Source: a bacterium
GTDB taxonomy: Bacteria; UBA8248
NCBI GenBank assembly: GCA_965219955.1
Contig: OZ244799.1
Location: 1,248,001-1,312,000 of the forward strand
Direction of reading: 5' to 3'
Length of the DNA stretch: 64,000 nucleotides
In this document: one piece after another, positions 36,340 through 47,689 of the stretch
Position numbering within the stretch: the stretch's first letter is position 1
Layout of the letters: every line of letters starts with the position of its first letter
Notes under the pieces: model-generated
Database searches by the model: none
Seen by the model: only the letters and a program-made list of their open reading frames with translations
Told to the model about the DNA's origin: nothing
Position numbers and translations under genes: made by a program

Positions 36340-39162
36340 ATGATAGGCTCGGTTTTTGAATCAAGCAAATCGATGTTCAAATCAGTGTTCGGCACGGCGA
36401 ATGACCGAATGCTCAAACAGATGGCCCCGATAATCACGGAGATTAATTCTCATGAATCTCGCGTGAAAGGGATGACCGATTTAGAGATGCGTGAGGAAAC
36501 AGAACGCTTCAAAGAGCGTCTCGCCGCCGGTGAAACATTGGGTGACATTTTACCGGAAGTGTTCGCTTTGGTGCGAGAAGCAGGCTGGCGTCATCTCGAA
36601 ATGCGTCACTTTGATGTTCAACTCATCGGAGGCGCGATTCTCCACAGCGGAAAAATCGCCGAGATGAAAACCGGGGAAGGCAAAACCCTCGTCGCTACTC
36701 TCGCAGCCTATCTGAATGCCTTGGAAGGCAATGGTGTGCATATCGTTACCGTGAACGATTATCTGGCGAGCCGTGATTCTGAATGGATGGGGCGACTCTT
36801 TAGAGCACTCGGCCTCACTGTCGGGTGCATCCAGCATGGCATGGATGACGATGCGCGCCGCCGTGCATATGCCTGCGACATTACATATGGCACCAACAAC
36901 GAATTCGGGTTCGACTATTTGAGAGACAACATGAAATTCGAGCCCGGTAGTCGCGTCATGCGCGAATTGAATTACGCGATCGTGGATGAAGTAGACAGCA
37001 TATTGATTGATGAAGCCAGGACTCCTCTCATCATCAGTGGCCCGGCGGATGAGGCCACACGAATGTATGGAGTTATAAACCGCGTAATACGTCCTCTGCT
37101 CAAAGAACAACAAGGTGTTGTCGAGTCAGATATCGAGGAAGAAGACGATGGTTATGTCGAAGGTGGCAAAGATATTATCAGCAAGAAAAAATACGAATAT
37201 CTGATTGTCGATGAAAAAAGCCGAACGGTGAACCTGAAAGAAGCGGGCGGGCATGAGGCCGAAAAACTTCTCCGCCGCTCCGGCATCATGGCGAATGACC
37301 AAAGTTTGTATGATATGAACAGCATCACGGTGCTTCATCATGTGGAGCAGGCCCTAAAAGCGCACGTCTTGTTTACAAAAGACATTGATTATGTCGTGAA
37401 AGACAACGAGGTTGTTATTGTCGATGAGTTCACAGGGCGCATGATGCCTGGCAGGCGTTTCAGTGACGGTCTGCACCAAGCGCTGGAGGCGAAAGAAGGC
37501 GTCAGGATTCAAGAAGAAAATGTGACTTTGGCGACCATCACGTTCCAGAATTATTTCAGGCTCTACAACAAATTGGCCGGCATGACCGGCACGGCGGATA
37601 CCGAAGCAGCGGAATTCAATTCCACCTACAAGATAGATGTAGCTGTAGTGCCGACGAATCGCGAACTGATTCGAACCGAATTTCCCGACGTGGTGTATCG
37701 CTCTGAGCGGGAAAAGATAGATGCCGTTGTGGATGAGATACTTGAATGCCACAAGAACGGGCAACCGGTACTTGTAGGTACAATAAACATAGAAAAAAGC
37801 GAAAGACTCGCCTCGATTCTCAAAAGAAGACGTATTCCACATCACGTGCTCAATGCAAAAAACCACGGCAAAGAAGCAGAGATCATCGCACAGGCAGGAC
37901 GCAAGGGAGCTGTCACCATTTCCACGAATATGGCTGGTCGTGGAACGGATATCCTCCTTGGCGGCAATCCGGAGTTTCTCGCTTCTTCCAAAACGAATAC
38001 GAATGAAGGCCCCGAGTATGAAGAGGCGTTGAAAGATTTTCGGGCATCTTGCCAAGCTGAGCATGACGAAGTGGTCGAGCAGGGGGGTCTTCATGTATTG
38101 GGCACCGAGCGCCATGAAAGCCGTCGCATCGACAACCAGCTCCGCGGTCGCTCAGGCAGGCAGGGAGACCCCGGGAGTTCGAGGTTCTTTCTTTCTTTGG
38201 AAGACGACCTGTTGCGCATTTTCGGCTCCGACAGAATCAAGGGTTTGATGGAAAAACTAGGGATGGAAGAGGGGGTGCCTATCGAAGCCAAAATGGTGAC
38301 ACGCGCCATCGAAAATGCCCAGAAACGTGTTGAGGCGCATCATTTCGAGATGAGAAAACATCTTCTGGAATACGATGACGTGATGAATAAGCAACGCGAG
38401 GTCATCTATTCGATGAGGCAGGAAATTCTGGAAGCTACAGATGGCCTCGACCAAATCAAAGAGATGGCGTCTACGATACTCGATTCCGTCATCGACTTGC
38501 ATTTGCCCGAGTCGGAACACTTTGAGGATTGGGATATAGAAGCATTCGCGGGCGCCGTTGAAAGCCAATATGGCATCCCCGCAACCATAGAGGGGCAAAA
38601 AATAATTTTTTCGGCTTCTGAACCAATGGTGGTGGATATAGAAGAAGAACCAAGAGACGAGCTTGCCCAAAGGGTTCACCATCTCATACAGAGTGTTATT
38701 GATGAAAAGTATCGTAACTTCGAGCCTGAGAGTATTTTAGAACTCGGCAAACTCATTTATATCCAAATCCTGGATACGCAATGGAAGGATCACCTGACAA
38801 ACATAGAACAACTGAAAGAGGGAATCGGGCTCAGGGGCTATGCGCAGGTGAACCCGCTGAATGAATATAAAAAAGAAGCATTCGATATGTTCGGAATGAT
38901 GACGCAAAAAATTGAAGCAGAAACGGTTCTCTATATGTACCGGCTTGATATCTCGGATCAGGATATCGCACTGGAAGAATCGCGCCATGAACAAGAAATG
39001 GTATTTTCCCATGCGGACGCGTCGGGATTTGGAGATGCTCCCGCCGAAGATGCGATACAGACATCCACCCCCGTAAAGCGCGCCACCCCCAAGGTTGGCC
39101 GTAATGAACCATGTCCCTGCGGCAGCGGCAAGAAATACAAGTTTTGCTGCGGAAGATCATAA
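36340..39162 (+). CDS. secA: Preprotein translocase ATPase
   Basis: [42 protein letters not shown] and SEC-C motif [13 protein letters not shown]. Confidence 0.99.
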   Translation: MIGSVFESSKSMFKSVFGTANDRMLKQMAPIITEINSHESRVKGMTDLEMREETERFKERLAAGETLGDILPEVFALVREAGWRHLEMRHFDVQLIGGAILHSGKIAEMKTGEGKTLVATLAAYLNALEGNGVHIVTVNDYLASRDSEWMGRLFRALGLTVGCIQHGMDDDARRRAYACDITYGTNNEFGFDYLRDNMKFEPGSRVMRELNYAIVDEVDSILIDEARTPLIISGPADEATRMYGVINRVIRPLLKEQQGVVESDIEEEDDGYVEGGKDIISKKKYEYLIVDEKSRTVNLKEAGGHEAEKLLRRSGIMANDQSLYDMNSITVLHHVEQALKAHVLFTKDIDYVVKDNEVVIVDEFTGRMMPGRRFSDGLHQALEAKEGVRIQEENVTLATITFQNYFRLYNKLAGMTGTADTEAAEFNSTYKIDVAVVPTNRELIRTEFPDVVYRSEREKIDAVVDEILECHKNGQPVLVGTINIEKSERLASILKRRRIPHHVLNAKNHGKEAEIIAQAGRKGAVTISTNMAGRGTDILLGGNPEFLASSKTNTNEGPEYEEALKDFRASCQAEHDEVVEQGGLHVLGTERHESRRIDNQLRGRSGRQGDPGSSRFFLSLEDDLLRIFGSDRIKGLMEKLGMEEGVPIEAKMVTRAIENAQKRVEAHHFEMRKHLLEYDDVMNKQREVIYSMRQEILEATDGLDQIKEMASTILDSVIDLHLPESEHFEDWDIEAFAGAVESQYGIPATIEGQKIIFSASEPMVVDIEEEPRDELAQRVHHLIQSVIDEKYRNFEPESILELGKLIYIQILDTQWKDHLTNIEQLKEGIGLRGYAQVNPLNEYKKEAFDMFGMMTQKIEAETVLYMYRLDISDQDIALEESRHEQEMVFSHADASGFGDAPAEDAIQTSTPVKRATPKVGRNEPCPCGSGKKYKFCCGRS

Positions 39163-39273
39163 CACCATATTTCTCTGAGATGACGTTCTGAGAATATTCC
39201 GATTCGGGGAATTGTACGTTATCTTGCCTCAGCTCAAAATGAAATGTTCCCCCTTTATCAGGAAGGTATGAAA

Positions 39274-40290
39274 ATGCAATTCGGCATCATGCTTAGAGGT
39301 CAATTCACCCTGGATGATGATATGCAGTCTCGTTTCCGTGAATTGATGGAACAAGCCAGAAGGGCGCAAGACTTAGGGTTCGCATCAATCACCAAAGGAA
39401 ACCACTACAGCGCGTATCCACTTCAGGATTTCCAGCAATTGCCTTTTCTCGCTCGTATCAGCGCCGAAGCACCAAAACTGCGTCTCAACGCCGGCATCGT
39501 CCTGTTGTCGCTTCACAAACCAATGGATATGGCTGAGCAACTGGCTACGATTGACGTAATTTCCGGGGGGAAACTTATATTCGGCGCCGGACTCGGCTAC
39601 CGAGAGGTGGAATTCAGGGGATTCGGCACAACCCAGAAGGAAAGGGTCAAGCGACTCGAGGAGAACCTGGAGGCTATCAAACGACTTTGGTCGGAAGATA
39701 AAGTATCGATGAAAGGCTCCCACTTTGAGTTGATCGAGGCATCGTGTCCACTGAAGCCCATTCAGAGCCCACACCCTCCAATTTGGATCGGAGCAAACAG
39801 TGACCCCGGAATACGCCGCGCAGCCAGACTGGGAGACTGTTATTACGTAAACCCTCACAATCGCCTCGACACGACAAAGCGCCAGATCGAGTTGTATCGC
39901 CGGACACTCGATGAACTCGGCAAACCCTTTCCTGAGGAATTCCCGATGCGCCGGGAGGTGTTTGTCGCAAAAGATCGTTCCGAAGCCATTCGGCTCAGCA
40001 GGCCATTCCTCGAGATAAAATATCGTGAATACCACCGTTGGGGCCAAGACAAAGCCATGCCCAAAGGAGATGACGATCTGGGGCAGCAGTTCGATGATTT
40101 ATTGGAGGACAGGTTCATCCTCGGCTCGCCGGACGAAGTGGCGGCAAGCATATTGGAACTGGCGGATCTCGGCATAAATCACCTCATCATGAGCATTCAA
40201 TGGCCGGGGATGCCTCAATCCCTCGTTTTGGAGACGATGCAGATGATGGCTGAAGAAGTGTTTCCAAAAGTTCTGCAAGGAGTGAAGTGA
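39274..40290 (+). CDS. LLM class flavin-dependent oxidoreductase
   Basis: AEQLATIDVISGGKLIFGAGLGYR, PPIWIGANS and RAARLGD. Confidence 0.92.
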   Translation: MQFGIMLRGQFTLDDDMQSRFRELMEQARRAQDLGFASITKGNHYSAYPLQDFQQLPFLARISAEAPKLRLNAGIVLLSLHKPMDMAEQLATIDVISGGKLIFGAGLGYREVEFRGFGTTQKERVKRLEENLEAIKRLWSEDKVSMKGSHFELIEASCPLKPIQSPHPPIWIGANSDPGIRRAARLGDCYYVNPHNRLDTTKRQIELYRRTLDELGKPFPEEFPMRREVFVAKDRSEAIRLSRPFLEIKYREYHRWGQDKAMPKGDDDLGQQFDDLLEDRFILGSPDEVAASILELADLGINHLIMSIQWPGMPQSLVLETMQMMAEEVFPKVLQGVK

Positions 40291-40291
40291 C

Positions 40292-41728
40292 GTGTCATCG
40301 ACGCCTAATGAAGCAATGTGTCAATTTTCCCGTGATCTGGAATTTGCTGACATCCCTCCCGAGGTGGTTCATCAGGCAAAACTCTTGATACTTGATTTTT
40401 GGGGGATTGCCCTGGCAGCTTGCTCCATGGAAATTGACAAGCCCTTGCGGGTCATGATGAACGCCATCACCGGGAGAATTCCGGGCCTCCAAAAGACCTC
40501 TTATGAATTAGGGCCTTGCAGCGCCATCGCAGAAAAAAATCGAATGCCCGAGCCCAATGCTGCTTTTTTGAACGGTGCGCTGGGTCATTCCCTCGATTTT
40601 GACGACACGCATGCGAAGTCGATCATTCACACTGCGGCGCCTGTCGTGCCAGCGGCTTTCGCAGGAGCGGAAGCGTTCCAGAAAACAGGACCAGATATGA
40701 TTCGAGCCTGCGTGGCCGGGTTCGAATCTGAAATCAGAATCGGGTTGGCCGCTCCTGGCAAATTCCACGCCCGGGGTTTCCACATGACCGCCATAGCCGG
40801 CACTTTCGGTGCCGCCATAGCCTATGCGCTTCAAAGCGGCTTGAGCAGTGAAAGAATGAACTGGGCTCTTGGCATTTGCGGAAGCATGGCTGCCGGGCTC
40901 TTTGAATATCTGGAAAACGGGAGCCCCGTAAAAGCGCTCCATCCCGGTTGGGCGGCTCATGGCGGTATTTGTTCGACAATTCTTGCAGAAAATGATTTCG
41001 CTGGTCCACAAACAGTATTTGAGGGCAGATTCGGCTTGCTCAAGAGCCATCTTGGCGATGATGAATTCGAGGCCGAAGCACTCACGCGGGGCTTGGGTGA
41101 AACTTGGGAAACCTTGGCTATTGGCTTCAAGCCCTATCCTTGCGGCCATGTAATTCATGCGTTTTTAGATGCCGGACTACGCCTCAAGGAACGTGAGCAA
41201 ATACCGCACACCAAAATCAAAGGCATTATTTGCCATGCTGCCAAGGGAGCAATCGACCTGGTGCTCGACCCAATCGAAGTAAAGCGAAAACCCAGGGGTG
41301 AATACGATGCAAAATTCTCTTTGCCGTATTGTCTGGCAAGTATTTTCGTGAAGGGCAAGTGTGGCGTAGATGATTTCGAAAAAAGCGCAATAGAAGACTC
41401 CAGGGTCCTGACCCTGGCGGATAAAGTCTCTTACGTCCAGGATGACACACAGGATTTTCCGAGGTACTTCCCTGGCGTCGTTGAAGTTCGCCTTGATGAT
41501 GGAAGCACTTTTGTCGAGGAGGAAAAACACCAGAGAGGGTGCGCTGAAAATCCATTCACCGATGAAGATGTCTTTGAGAAATTCAAGGATAACGCCCGGC
41601 GCAGTCTGTCGCCTGGAGAGGCAGAAGATTTGATGTCGATGGTGATGACTCTTGAGAGTTTGGAAAACGTGAACGCTATAGGAGAAATCCTACGAAGTGC
41701 AGCTAGTCATCGAGTGGATCTTCAATAA
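40292..41728 (+). CDS. MmgE/PrpD family protein
   Basis: NGALGHSLDFDDTH, GFH, FEGRFG, KPYPCG and AKFSLPY. Confidence 0.93.
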   Translation: MSSTPNEAMCQFSRDLEFADIPPEVVHQAKLLILDFWGIALAACSMEIDKPLRVMMNAITGRIPGLQKTSYELGPCSAIAEKNRMPEPNAAFLNGALGHSLDFDDTHAKSIIHTAAPVVPAAFAGAEAFQKTGPDMIRACVAGFESEIRIGLAAPGKFHARGFHMTAIAGTFGAAIAYALQSGLSSERMNWALGICGSMAAGLFEYLENGSPVKALHPGWAAHGGICSTILAENDFAGPQTVFEGRFGLLKSHLGDDEFEAEALTRGLGETWETLAIGFKPYPCGHVIHAFLDAGLRLKEREQIPHTKIKGIICHAAKGAIDLVLDPIEVKRKPRGEYDAKFSLPYCLASIFVKGKCGVDDFEKSAIEDSRVLTLADKVSYVQDDTQDFPRYFPGVVEVRLDDGSTFVEEEKHQRGCAENPFTDEDVFEKFKDNARRSLSPGEAEDLMSMVMTLESLENVNAIGEILRSAASHRVDLQ

Positions 41729-42776
41729 CCGTCACAAAATCCGGCATAATACGGAATCTGATCTCTTCTCCTTCATCCACTCTCAAATTAGGGTGTACGC
41801 GCATTTTCAACCGATGCCCCTTGCCGATTTCATCGATGATTTCGACTTCCAGCAGGATCGATTGTCCCACATAGCGAATCGTGCAAATCTTTGCCGCAAA
41901 GGGGCCGTTCGGGTCGATTTCAAAACTCTCAGGCCTCACGGAGATAAAAGCGTCCGTGCCGAATTCAAGGTCACGCATGGAGAGGCATGGCACTGGCCCG
42001 ATGCTCGTCATCACCTCATCATAACCAGTCGATAAAACAATCCCTTGTAAAATATTTGTCTGTCCGACAAAACGGGCAGCGAATTCCGTGGCGGGGAACT
42101 GGTAAATTTCACGGGGCGACCCGCCTTGCTCGACTTTTCCGTTTCGCATGATCAAAATATGGTCGGCCATATACATCGCTTCCTGCGGATCGTGCGTAAC
42201 CATCAGCGTGGTAACGCCCATTTGCTTGATCAACCTCAGCGTATCCTCGCGCACTTGAGCTCGCAGGCTGATGTCGAGCCCGGTAAATGGTTCATCCAAA
42301 AGCAGAAGCCGGGGGAGAGGCGCCAATGCCCGGAGCAGGGCAACGCGCTGCTGCTGGCCGCCTGACAAAGTGTGCGGGTAGGCATCTGTCAAATCTACGA
42401 TGTCCATTTGGATCATGGCTCTTTGTATTTCAGCCAGTTTTTCCGGTGAAGGCTCATTGAGTCCGAAAGTGATGTTCTGCAAAACATTCAGGTGAGGGAA
42501 TAGGGCATAATCCTGGAACATGAACCCCACGTTCCTCTTTTCCGGCAGTGCTTCAATTCCACTTGCAGGTTCCGAAAGGACCTTTTCGTCAAGATGGATC
42601 CTCCCGGACTGCAGCGAAGTCAGTCCGGCCACCAAACGCAACAGTGTCGTCTTCCCGCATCCAGAAGGCCCCAACAGACAAGCCACTTGACCCTCTTCGA
42701 CCGTCAAGGACAAATTCTCGATGACTTCTTTGGTTCCATATGCATGCGAGATATTTTCAATATCGAGCTTGGCCAT
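41703..42776 (-). CDS. fbpC: Fe3+ ABC transporter ATP-binding protein
   Basis: GPSGCGKT, FQDYALFPHL, LSGGQQQR, LLLDEPF and a TOBE tail. Confidence 0.9.
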   Translation of the reverse strand: MAKLDIENISHAYGTKEVIENLSLTVEEGQVACLLGPSGCGKTTLLRLVAGLTSLQSGRIHLDEKVLSEPASGIEALPEKRNVGFMFQDYALFPHLNVLQNITFGLNEPSPEKLAEIQRAMIQMDIVDLTDAYPHTLSGGQQQRVALLRALAPLPRLLLLDEPFTGLDISLRAQVREDTLRLIKQMGVTTLMVTHDPQEAMYMADHILIMRNGKVEQGGSPREIYQFPATEFAARFVGQTNILQGIVLSTGYDEVMTSIGPVPCLSMRDLEFGTDAFISVRPESFEIDPNGPFAAKICTIRYVGQSILLEVEIIDEIGKGHRLKMRVHPNLRVDEGEEIRFRIMPDFVTVIEDPLDD

Positions 42777-42790
42777 TTAGAGCGTGGTCC

Positions 42791-44485
42791 TCATTTTTCT
42801 GCTCCGGGGCGTGCCCCCCGGATGGTGCGGCTCAAATAAACGACGGGCAACAATCCTGCCGCAACGATGCTCAAAGAACCAAGCGCACTTTCTTCCAGAA
42901 GTTCATCCGAGGCCAGTTGGTGAACATGTGTGGCCAGAGTTTCAAAATTAAACGGACGCAATATGATTGTCATGGGAAGTTCTTTCATCGTATCCACAAA
43001 CACCAGTATCGCTGCCGCCAGGATGCCGCCACGAATCATAGGCAAATGAATACGCTTGAGGGTTCTGCCAGGCCCCAGCCCCAGTGTTCGAGCAGCCCCA
43101 TCCATGTTCGGCGTAATTCTCAGCAGGCTGGCTTCCATCGTGCCATAGGAAAGCGCCAGGAACCGGGACAGATATCCATAGGTGACAGCCGCGATTGTGC
43201 CGCTGAAGAACAGACTTGTGGAGATGCCAAAAACATTATTGAGAAACCCCTGGATGAAGACATCCATCTTGCCCATGGGAATCAGTACACCGACGGCGAG
43301 AACCGCACCGGGTACGGCGTATCCGATACTGGCAAACCTGGCGGTCGATTTGAGCAATTTGTTTTCTTTCAGGCGTACGCCATACGCCAGAAAAATGCCT
43401 GCCAACACGGATAGGGTGGCGCTAAGGGATGACAAAACCAGACTATTTGAAAGATTGGAATAAAAATTATGTGAAATGCTTTCCTCGTAAAAGCCCCAAG
43501 CGTAGTAACCCAAAATACAAGATGGCAGAATGAATCCGAATCCAATGGGCAACAGACACGAGATCGTTGCGCCCAACAACCTTGCGCCCCGTAATTGATA
43601 ACTCGGAAGGGCTTGATATCTGGTGGAAGTATTAAAATACCTCTGGTTGGTGCGCGATTTTCTCTCCGCCCACAAAAGAAGCAGGACAAAACAAAGAGCG
43701 ACAACGGCAAGCTGGGCAGCGCCTGACAAATTGTTCATATTGAGCCACACGTCAAAGATTCCAGCCGTGAGCGTTTCCACAGCAAAGAAATCAACCGTTC
43801 CAAAATCATTGAGCGCTTCCATCAGAACCAGACTCACACCGATGATGAGCGATGGACGTGCCGAGGGCAGGGCGATGGAAAGAAAACTCTGCCACGCGGT
43901 TTTGCCCAGAGTTCTGCTCACCTCCAGAATGCAAACTGATTGCTGCACAAATGCGACTCGCGCAAGCAGGTAAACATACGGATAAAGAGTAAGCGTCATA
44001 ACGAAAATTGCGCCGCCGAGAGAACGTATCTCCGGAAACCAGTACTCTCGACTTGATTCCCATCCAAAGATATCGCGCAATAACGTCTGCACTGGACCTG
44101 CAAATTCAAAAACGTCGGTATACACATAGGCTACGACATACGTAGGCATCGCCAGGGGTAAGAGCAGCGCCCATTCAAAAATCCGTCGTCCTGGGAATCG
44201 GCATAGAGTTACCAGCCACGCGGTGCATGTACCGATGACTAACGTGCCCACGCCTACTCCCAGCATCAGGCCGATAGTCGTTAGTACATAGCGTGACAAT
44301 ACGGTGGTGATCAGGTGATGCCATATATCACCACTTGGCTGAAGGGCGAAAAAACTGACTGACAGGAGAGGAATCGCTATAAAAAATGCGAGCAGAAGGG
44401 CTCCGCTCGTCCAAAAGTCCACTTGAAGCCATTTAGACGTCAGCCTCGGGGAGGCTTCTATGTGGAATCCGGCACCTGCGCTCAT
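42791..44485 (-). CDS. fbpB: Fe3+ ABC transporter permease
   Basis: Duplicated permease with PLAMPTYV, YPYVYL, YAVPGAV and KELP. Confidence 0.92.
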   Translation of the reverse strand: MSAGAGFHIEASPRLTSKWLQVDFWTSGALLLAFFIAIPLLSVSFFALQPSGDIWHHLITTVLSRYVLTTIGLMLGVGVGTLVIGTCTAWLVTLCRFPGRRIFEWALLLPLAMPTYVVAYVYTDVFEFAGPVQTLLRDIFGWESSREYWFPEIRSLGGAIFVMTLTLYPYVYLLARVAFVQQSVCILEVSRTLGKTAWQSFLSIALPSARPSLIIGVSLVLMEALNDFGTVDFFAVETLTAGIFDVWLNMNNLSGAAQLAVVALCFVLLLLWAERKSRTNQRYFNTSTRYQALPSYQLRGARLLGATISCLLPIGFGFILPSCILGYYAWGFYEESISHNFYSNLSNSLVLSSLSATLSVLAGIFLAYGVRLKENKLLKSTARFASIGYAVPGAVLAVGVLIPMGKMDVFIQGFLNNVFGISTSLFFSGTIAAVTYGYLSRFLALSYGTMEASLLRITPNMDGAARTLGLGPGRTLKRIHLPMIRGGILAAAILVFVDTMKELPMTIILRPFNFETLATHVHQLASDELLEESALGSLSIVAAGLLPVVYLSRTIRGARPGAEK

Positions 44486-44530
44486 GCCATACCAAATGCA
44501 AAAGTTACAATCTTTTTCAAAACACCAAGA

Positions 44531-44575
44531 CCCCAAAAGCCAATATCCAGAATGAGAATATTAAGGCTTTTGGGG
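44531..44575. other. Intercistronic stem-loop between fbpA and fbpB
   Basis: CCCCAAAAGCC...GGCTTTTGGGG. Probably a partial terminator or mRNA stabiliser that favours the binding protein. Confidence 0.6.
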
Positions 44576-44590
44576 TTTTGATACTAGCTT

Positions 44591-45661
44591 CTAATTGCTG
44601 GGGCTGAAGTTATTGTAATCTACTTGGTCTACCAACTTGGAAGCGGTTGCACGCTGATTCGCCACTTCGGCCAGATTGATGGTATCGGCTTTGAATTTTC
44701 CCCAAGACGCGACCAGCGGATGGATTGTCACGCCCGTTTTCAATGGGTATTCATAATTCTGGTCGGCGTACAATTTTTGAGCGTATTCCCCACTCAAGAA
44801 CTCGATGAGGCGGACAGCGTTTTTCCGGTTTTTCGCATGCTTTGTGACGGCGCCGCCGCTGATGTTGACGTGCGTGCCCCTGTCCTTTTGATTCGGGAAA
44901 ACGATGTATACCGCTTTCGCCCATTCTCTTTGAACTTTCTTTTTCTTGTTGGTTGCCATTTTCGCCATGTAATAGGTATTGGCCAAAGCGAGATCGCATT
45001 CTCCTGCGTGAATGGCTTTCGCTTGCGCACGGTCGTTGCCACCGGGCTTACGGGCGAGGTTGGACTTGAGACCCATCAACCATTTCTTGGCTTTCGCTTC
45101 GCCCGAATGCGCCACTATGGAAGCGAACAGAGATACGTTGTAAACGTGTTTTCCCGAACGCGTACAAATTTTGCCCTTCCATTTCGGGTCGGCCAAATCC
45201 TCATAGCGGGTAATTGCACCCGGCTTTACGCGCTTTTTGCTGGCGTATATGACGCGCCCGCGAGTCGTAAGGCCAAACCAGTGCCCCTTGGGATGGCGAT
45301 AGGAGGAGGGGATATTCTGCTCTAATATTTTCGACTGTACCGGCTGCAACAATCCGGCTTCATCCATGTCGTGGAGGCGGCCAATATCCACGGTCAATAC
45401 CGCATCTGCCGCCCCCGGGGTCGCCTTGATTTTCTCCAGCATGCCTTTTTTGGCAAAAACGATATTGGTCTTGATGCCTGTTTTTTCAGTAAAGGCCTTC
45501 AAGATCGGCTTAATGAGAAAAGGCTGTCGGTAAGAATAGAGATTTACAACCTCTTCGGCGCTGGCCGTAGTCTTGTCCATGGCAAACATGGCCAGAATGA
45601 GAAACATGGAAATTCCAAGGAATCGCTTTGTGCATTTTGCTCCATTGAGTGCAGCAAACAT
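44591..45661 (-). CDS. fbpA: Fe3+ ABC transporter substrate-binding protein (FutA/FbpA)
   Basis: NLYSYRQ, FGLTTRGR, GGNDRAQ, NTYY Tyr ligands, HVNISG and NYEYP. Confidence 0.93.
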   Translation of the reverse strand: MFAALNGAKCTKRFLGISMFLILAMFAMDKTTASAEEVVNLYSYRQPFLIKPILKAFTEKTGIKTNIVFAKKGMLEKIKATPGAADAVLTVDIGRLHDMDEAGLLQPVQSKILEQNIPSSYRHPKGHWFGLTTRGRVIYASKKRVKPGAITRYEDLADPKWKGKICTRSGKHVYNVSLFASIVAHSGEAKAKKWLMGLKSNLARKPGGNDRAQAKAIHAGECDLALANTYYMAKMATNKKKKVQREWAKAVYIVFPNQKDRGTHVNISGGAVTKHAKNRKNAVRLIEFLSGEYAQKLYADQNYEYPLKTGVTIHPLVASWGKFKADTINLAEVANQRATASKLVDQVDYNNFSPSN

Positions 45662-45751
45662 AAATTTTATCTCCTGTTCAGAATATCGACCATTTGGCCG
45701 TGTTATTTGAGCTTGGCTTCAGGCAAGCCAGGGACAAAACTTGTAAACAAA

Positions 45752-46306
45752 TCAAACTCGTCGTTTTGATTGTTTTATTTTTTTAGACATATCGTCGAAG
45801 TCGATGACACTGATATCGCAATGATAAGAACATGTCGGGCAAGTATCGACGCTCTCGCATGAGCGACGAAATTGATGGAATTTCTCCAGGATTTCCTGAT
45901 TGCCCGGTTCCTCAAAAAAGCGCAGCAGATCAAGAAACCGATCGATGGAGTTGCCGCTCACGTAATGCTCCATAACGCAGGCGTCGACAAAGGCCTGCTC
46001 TTCTTCTACTCCCAAAACGTCTGTCAGGAAGTGCATCAAAATAGAGAATTTGCCCGACACGCCCTTGGCTCGTTTTGCGCCTTCTTCTGTCAAGAGAATG
46101 CTCTCGTAGACACGATGGGATACGAGTCCGTTAGAACGGAGTGTCTTAACCGCGGCTGAGACTGCCGGTTTCGCCACACCCAGCATAGAGGCGATATCTG
46201 TCACGCGCGCGTAACCTTTACTCTCCTGAAGATCGAATATGGCGCGCAGATAATGTTCCAGGCTGGGCGAAAGGGAACCGCGCGAGTGGTGTGGCTGTGG
46301 AGTCAT
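45752..46306 (-). CDS. DtxR/MntR family metal-dependent regulator with a Cys-rich tail
   Basis: SLEHYLRAI, ARVTDIA..LGVAKPAVS, DACVMEH and C-terminal CESVDTCPTCSYHC. Confidence 0.9.
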   Translation of the reverse strand: MTPQPHHSRGSLSPSLEHYLRAIFDLQESKGYARVTDIASMLGVAKPAVSAAVKTLRSNGLVSHRVYESILLTEEGAKRAKGVSGKFSILMHFLTDVLGVEEEQAFVDACVMEHYVSGNSIDRFLDLLRFFEEPGNQEILEKFHQFRRSCESVDTCPTCSYHCDISVIDFDDMSKKIKQSKRRV

Positions 46307-46340
46307 AGTGTAAACCCCTTTTGAAATGAAATAGACACAA

Positions 46341-46380
46341 CTGTTAAATAAAACCCAATAGTATTAAATTCATTTAACAG
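46341..46380. promoter_or_regulatory. Candidate DtxR-family operator
   Basis: Inverted repeat CTGTTAAAT-N22-ATTTAACAG upstream of the regulator. Minus-strand TTGACA at 46407-46402. Confidence 0.55.
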
Positions 46381-46661
46381 TGTTTCTCATGCCTTTCTAT
46401 TTGTCAAGAGGGGAAACGGGAAATTTTTCGGAACATACTCAGGCAGAACAACCAGAGGGCAAATGAGGACGAAGAATCTACCTTAACATAATGATATAAC
46501 TTTCTGTTTCAATTGTTTCTATTGAACTCATTCAGAAAAATGAAAACCAACCCTCGGCTTTGCGGTTTTTTATCTTGGAAGGAAAAGTTGCTCGTAAGCA
46601 ATTGCCGAATCGTCCAAATGACAATTGGAGAGAAGCTATGTATTCAACAATAGCATCGTGC

Positions 46662-47597
46662 TTATTGCAAAAAAGGTTGAATGGCGCCCCTGACACCCGC
46701 CCATTCTCCCAATTCGCCCCAAATAACTTTTGATGACTTGCTCGCCTGCTTGAAAGAATTCTCCTCCCAGGCCTTTCGGGCAGCAGGCAGGAAATATTCC
46801 TTCGCGTTTACCAGCCCTCCCACAAGAACGATACATTCCGGATTCAGCAAATTCATGATGTTGGCGATTCCAACCCCCAGCGCATAACCGCTGTTTTCCC
46901 ATATGGCTCTTGCTTCGTCGTCTCCAGAAGCAGCGAGTTCTGATAAGGAAATTGGTGATATTTTATCGAGCGCCGCGACAGCGGAATCCGGATGCAGCTC
47001 TGCATGCTGCCTAGCGTCTCTTTCGAGGGCCCAACTCGAAAAATATGCTTCCAGGCACCCGCGAGAACCGCAAGTGCACGACTTGCCGTTTTTTTCAATG
47101 ATCATATGACCGATTTCCCCCGCCATTCCAGATGCGCCTCGCCAAATCACTCCATTTTGAACAAATCCTCCACCGACGCCCGTGCCCAGCGTGAGAATGA
47201 ACATGCTTTCGTATCCTTCGCCCGCGCCGGCGAAATATTCCCCCAGGGCGGCGGCATTCGCATCGTTCATCATTTGAAGCGGAATAGGGGAGAAGGCATC
47301 TTCCAACATCCCGAGAATGGGAACTCCAGAAAGGACGGGCAGGTTGGGTGAGTCAGTTATCTTTCCTGCATCCAGAGCCAGAACGCCTGCAACGGCGACC
47401 CCGATACCCTTGAGACATTTATCCGAAGAGAGGAATCTTGCCGCATCCTTGAACAAATCGAGGTAATCGTTCGACTTCCGGCACCCTTGCACATCCAGGG
47501 AGTGGCGCTCTTGCAATTCTCCATCGAGGCTGAAAGACGATGCTTTGAGAAAAGAGCCCCCTAGATCAAAACCAACGTAGACTTCACTGCCGGGCAA
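46662..47597 (-). CDS. ROK family glucokinase
   Basis: DLGGS, NDANAAALGE, LGTGVGGG, GEIGH and CTCGSRGCLE. Confidence 0.93.
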   Translation of the reverse strand: MPGSEVYVGFDLGGSFLKASSFSLDGELQERHSLDVQGCRKSNDYLDLFKDAARFLSSDKCLKGIGVAVAGVLALDAGKITDSPNLPVLSGVPILGMLEDAFSPIPLQMMNDANAAALGEYFAGAGEGYESMFILTLGTGVGGGFVQNGVIWRGASGMAGEIGHMIIEKNGKSCTCGSRGCLEAYFSSWALERDARQHAELHPDSAVAALDKISPISLSELAASGDDEARAIWENSGYALGVGIANIMNLLNPECIVLVGGLVNAKEYFLPAARKAWEENSFKQASKSSKVIWGELGEWAGVRGAIQPFLQ

Positions 47598-47689
47598 TTG
47601 TCAAAACCTCAGTTCAGTCGAATCGTTCCCTGTGTATTTTCTTTGAAGGGATGCTCTGCAAAATGAATGAAGACCTCATCAGTTCATCA

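Noticed and set aside
46481-46508. Possible dif site (minus strand TTATGTTAAGG resembles the XerD arm)
   Set aside because: The XerC-side arm (AACAGAAAGTT) does not match and the dyad is missing.
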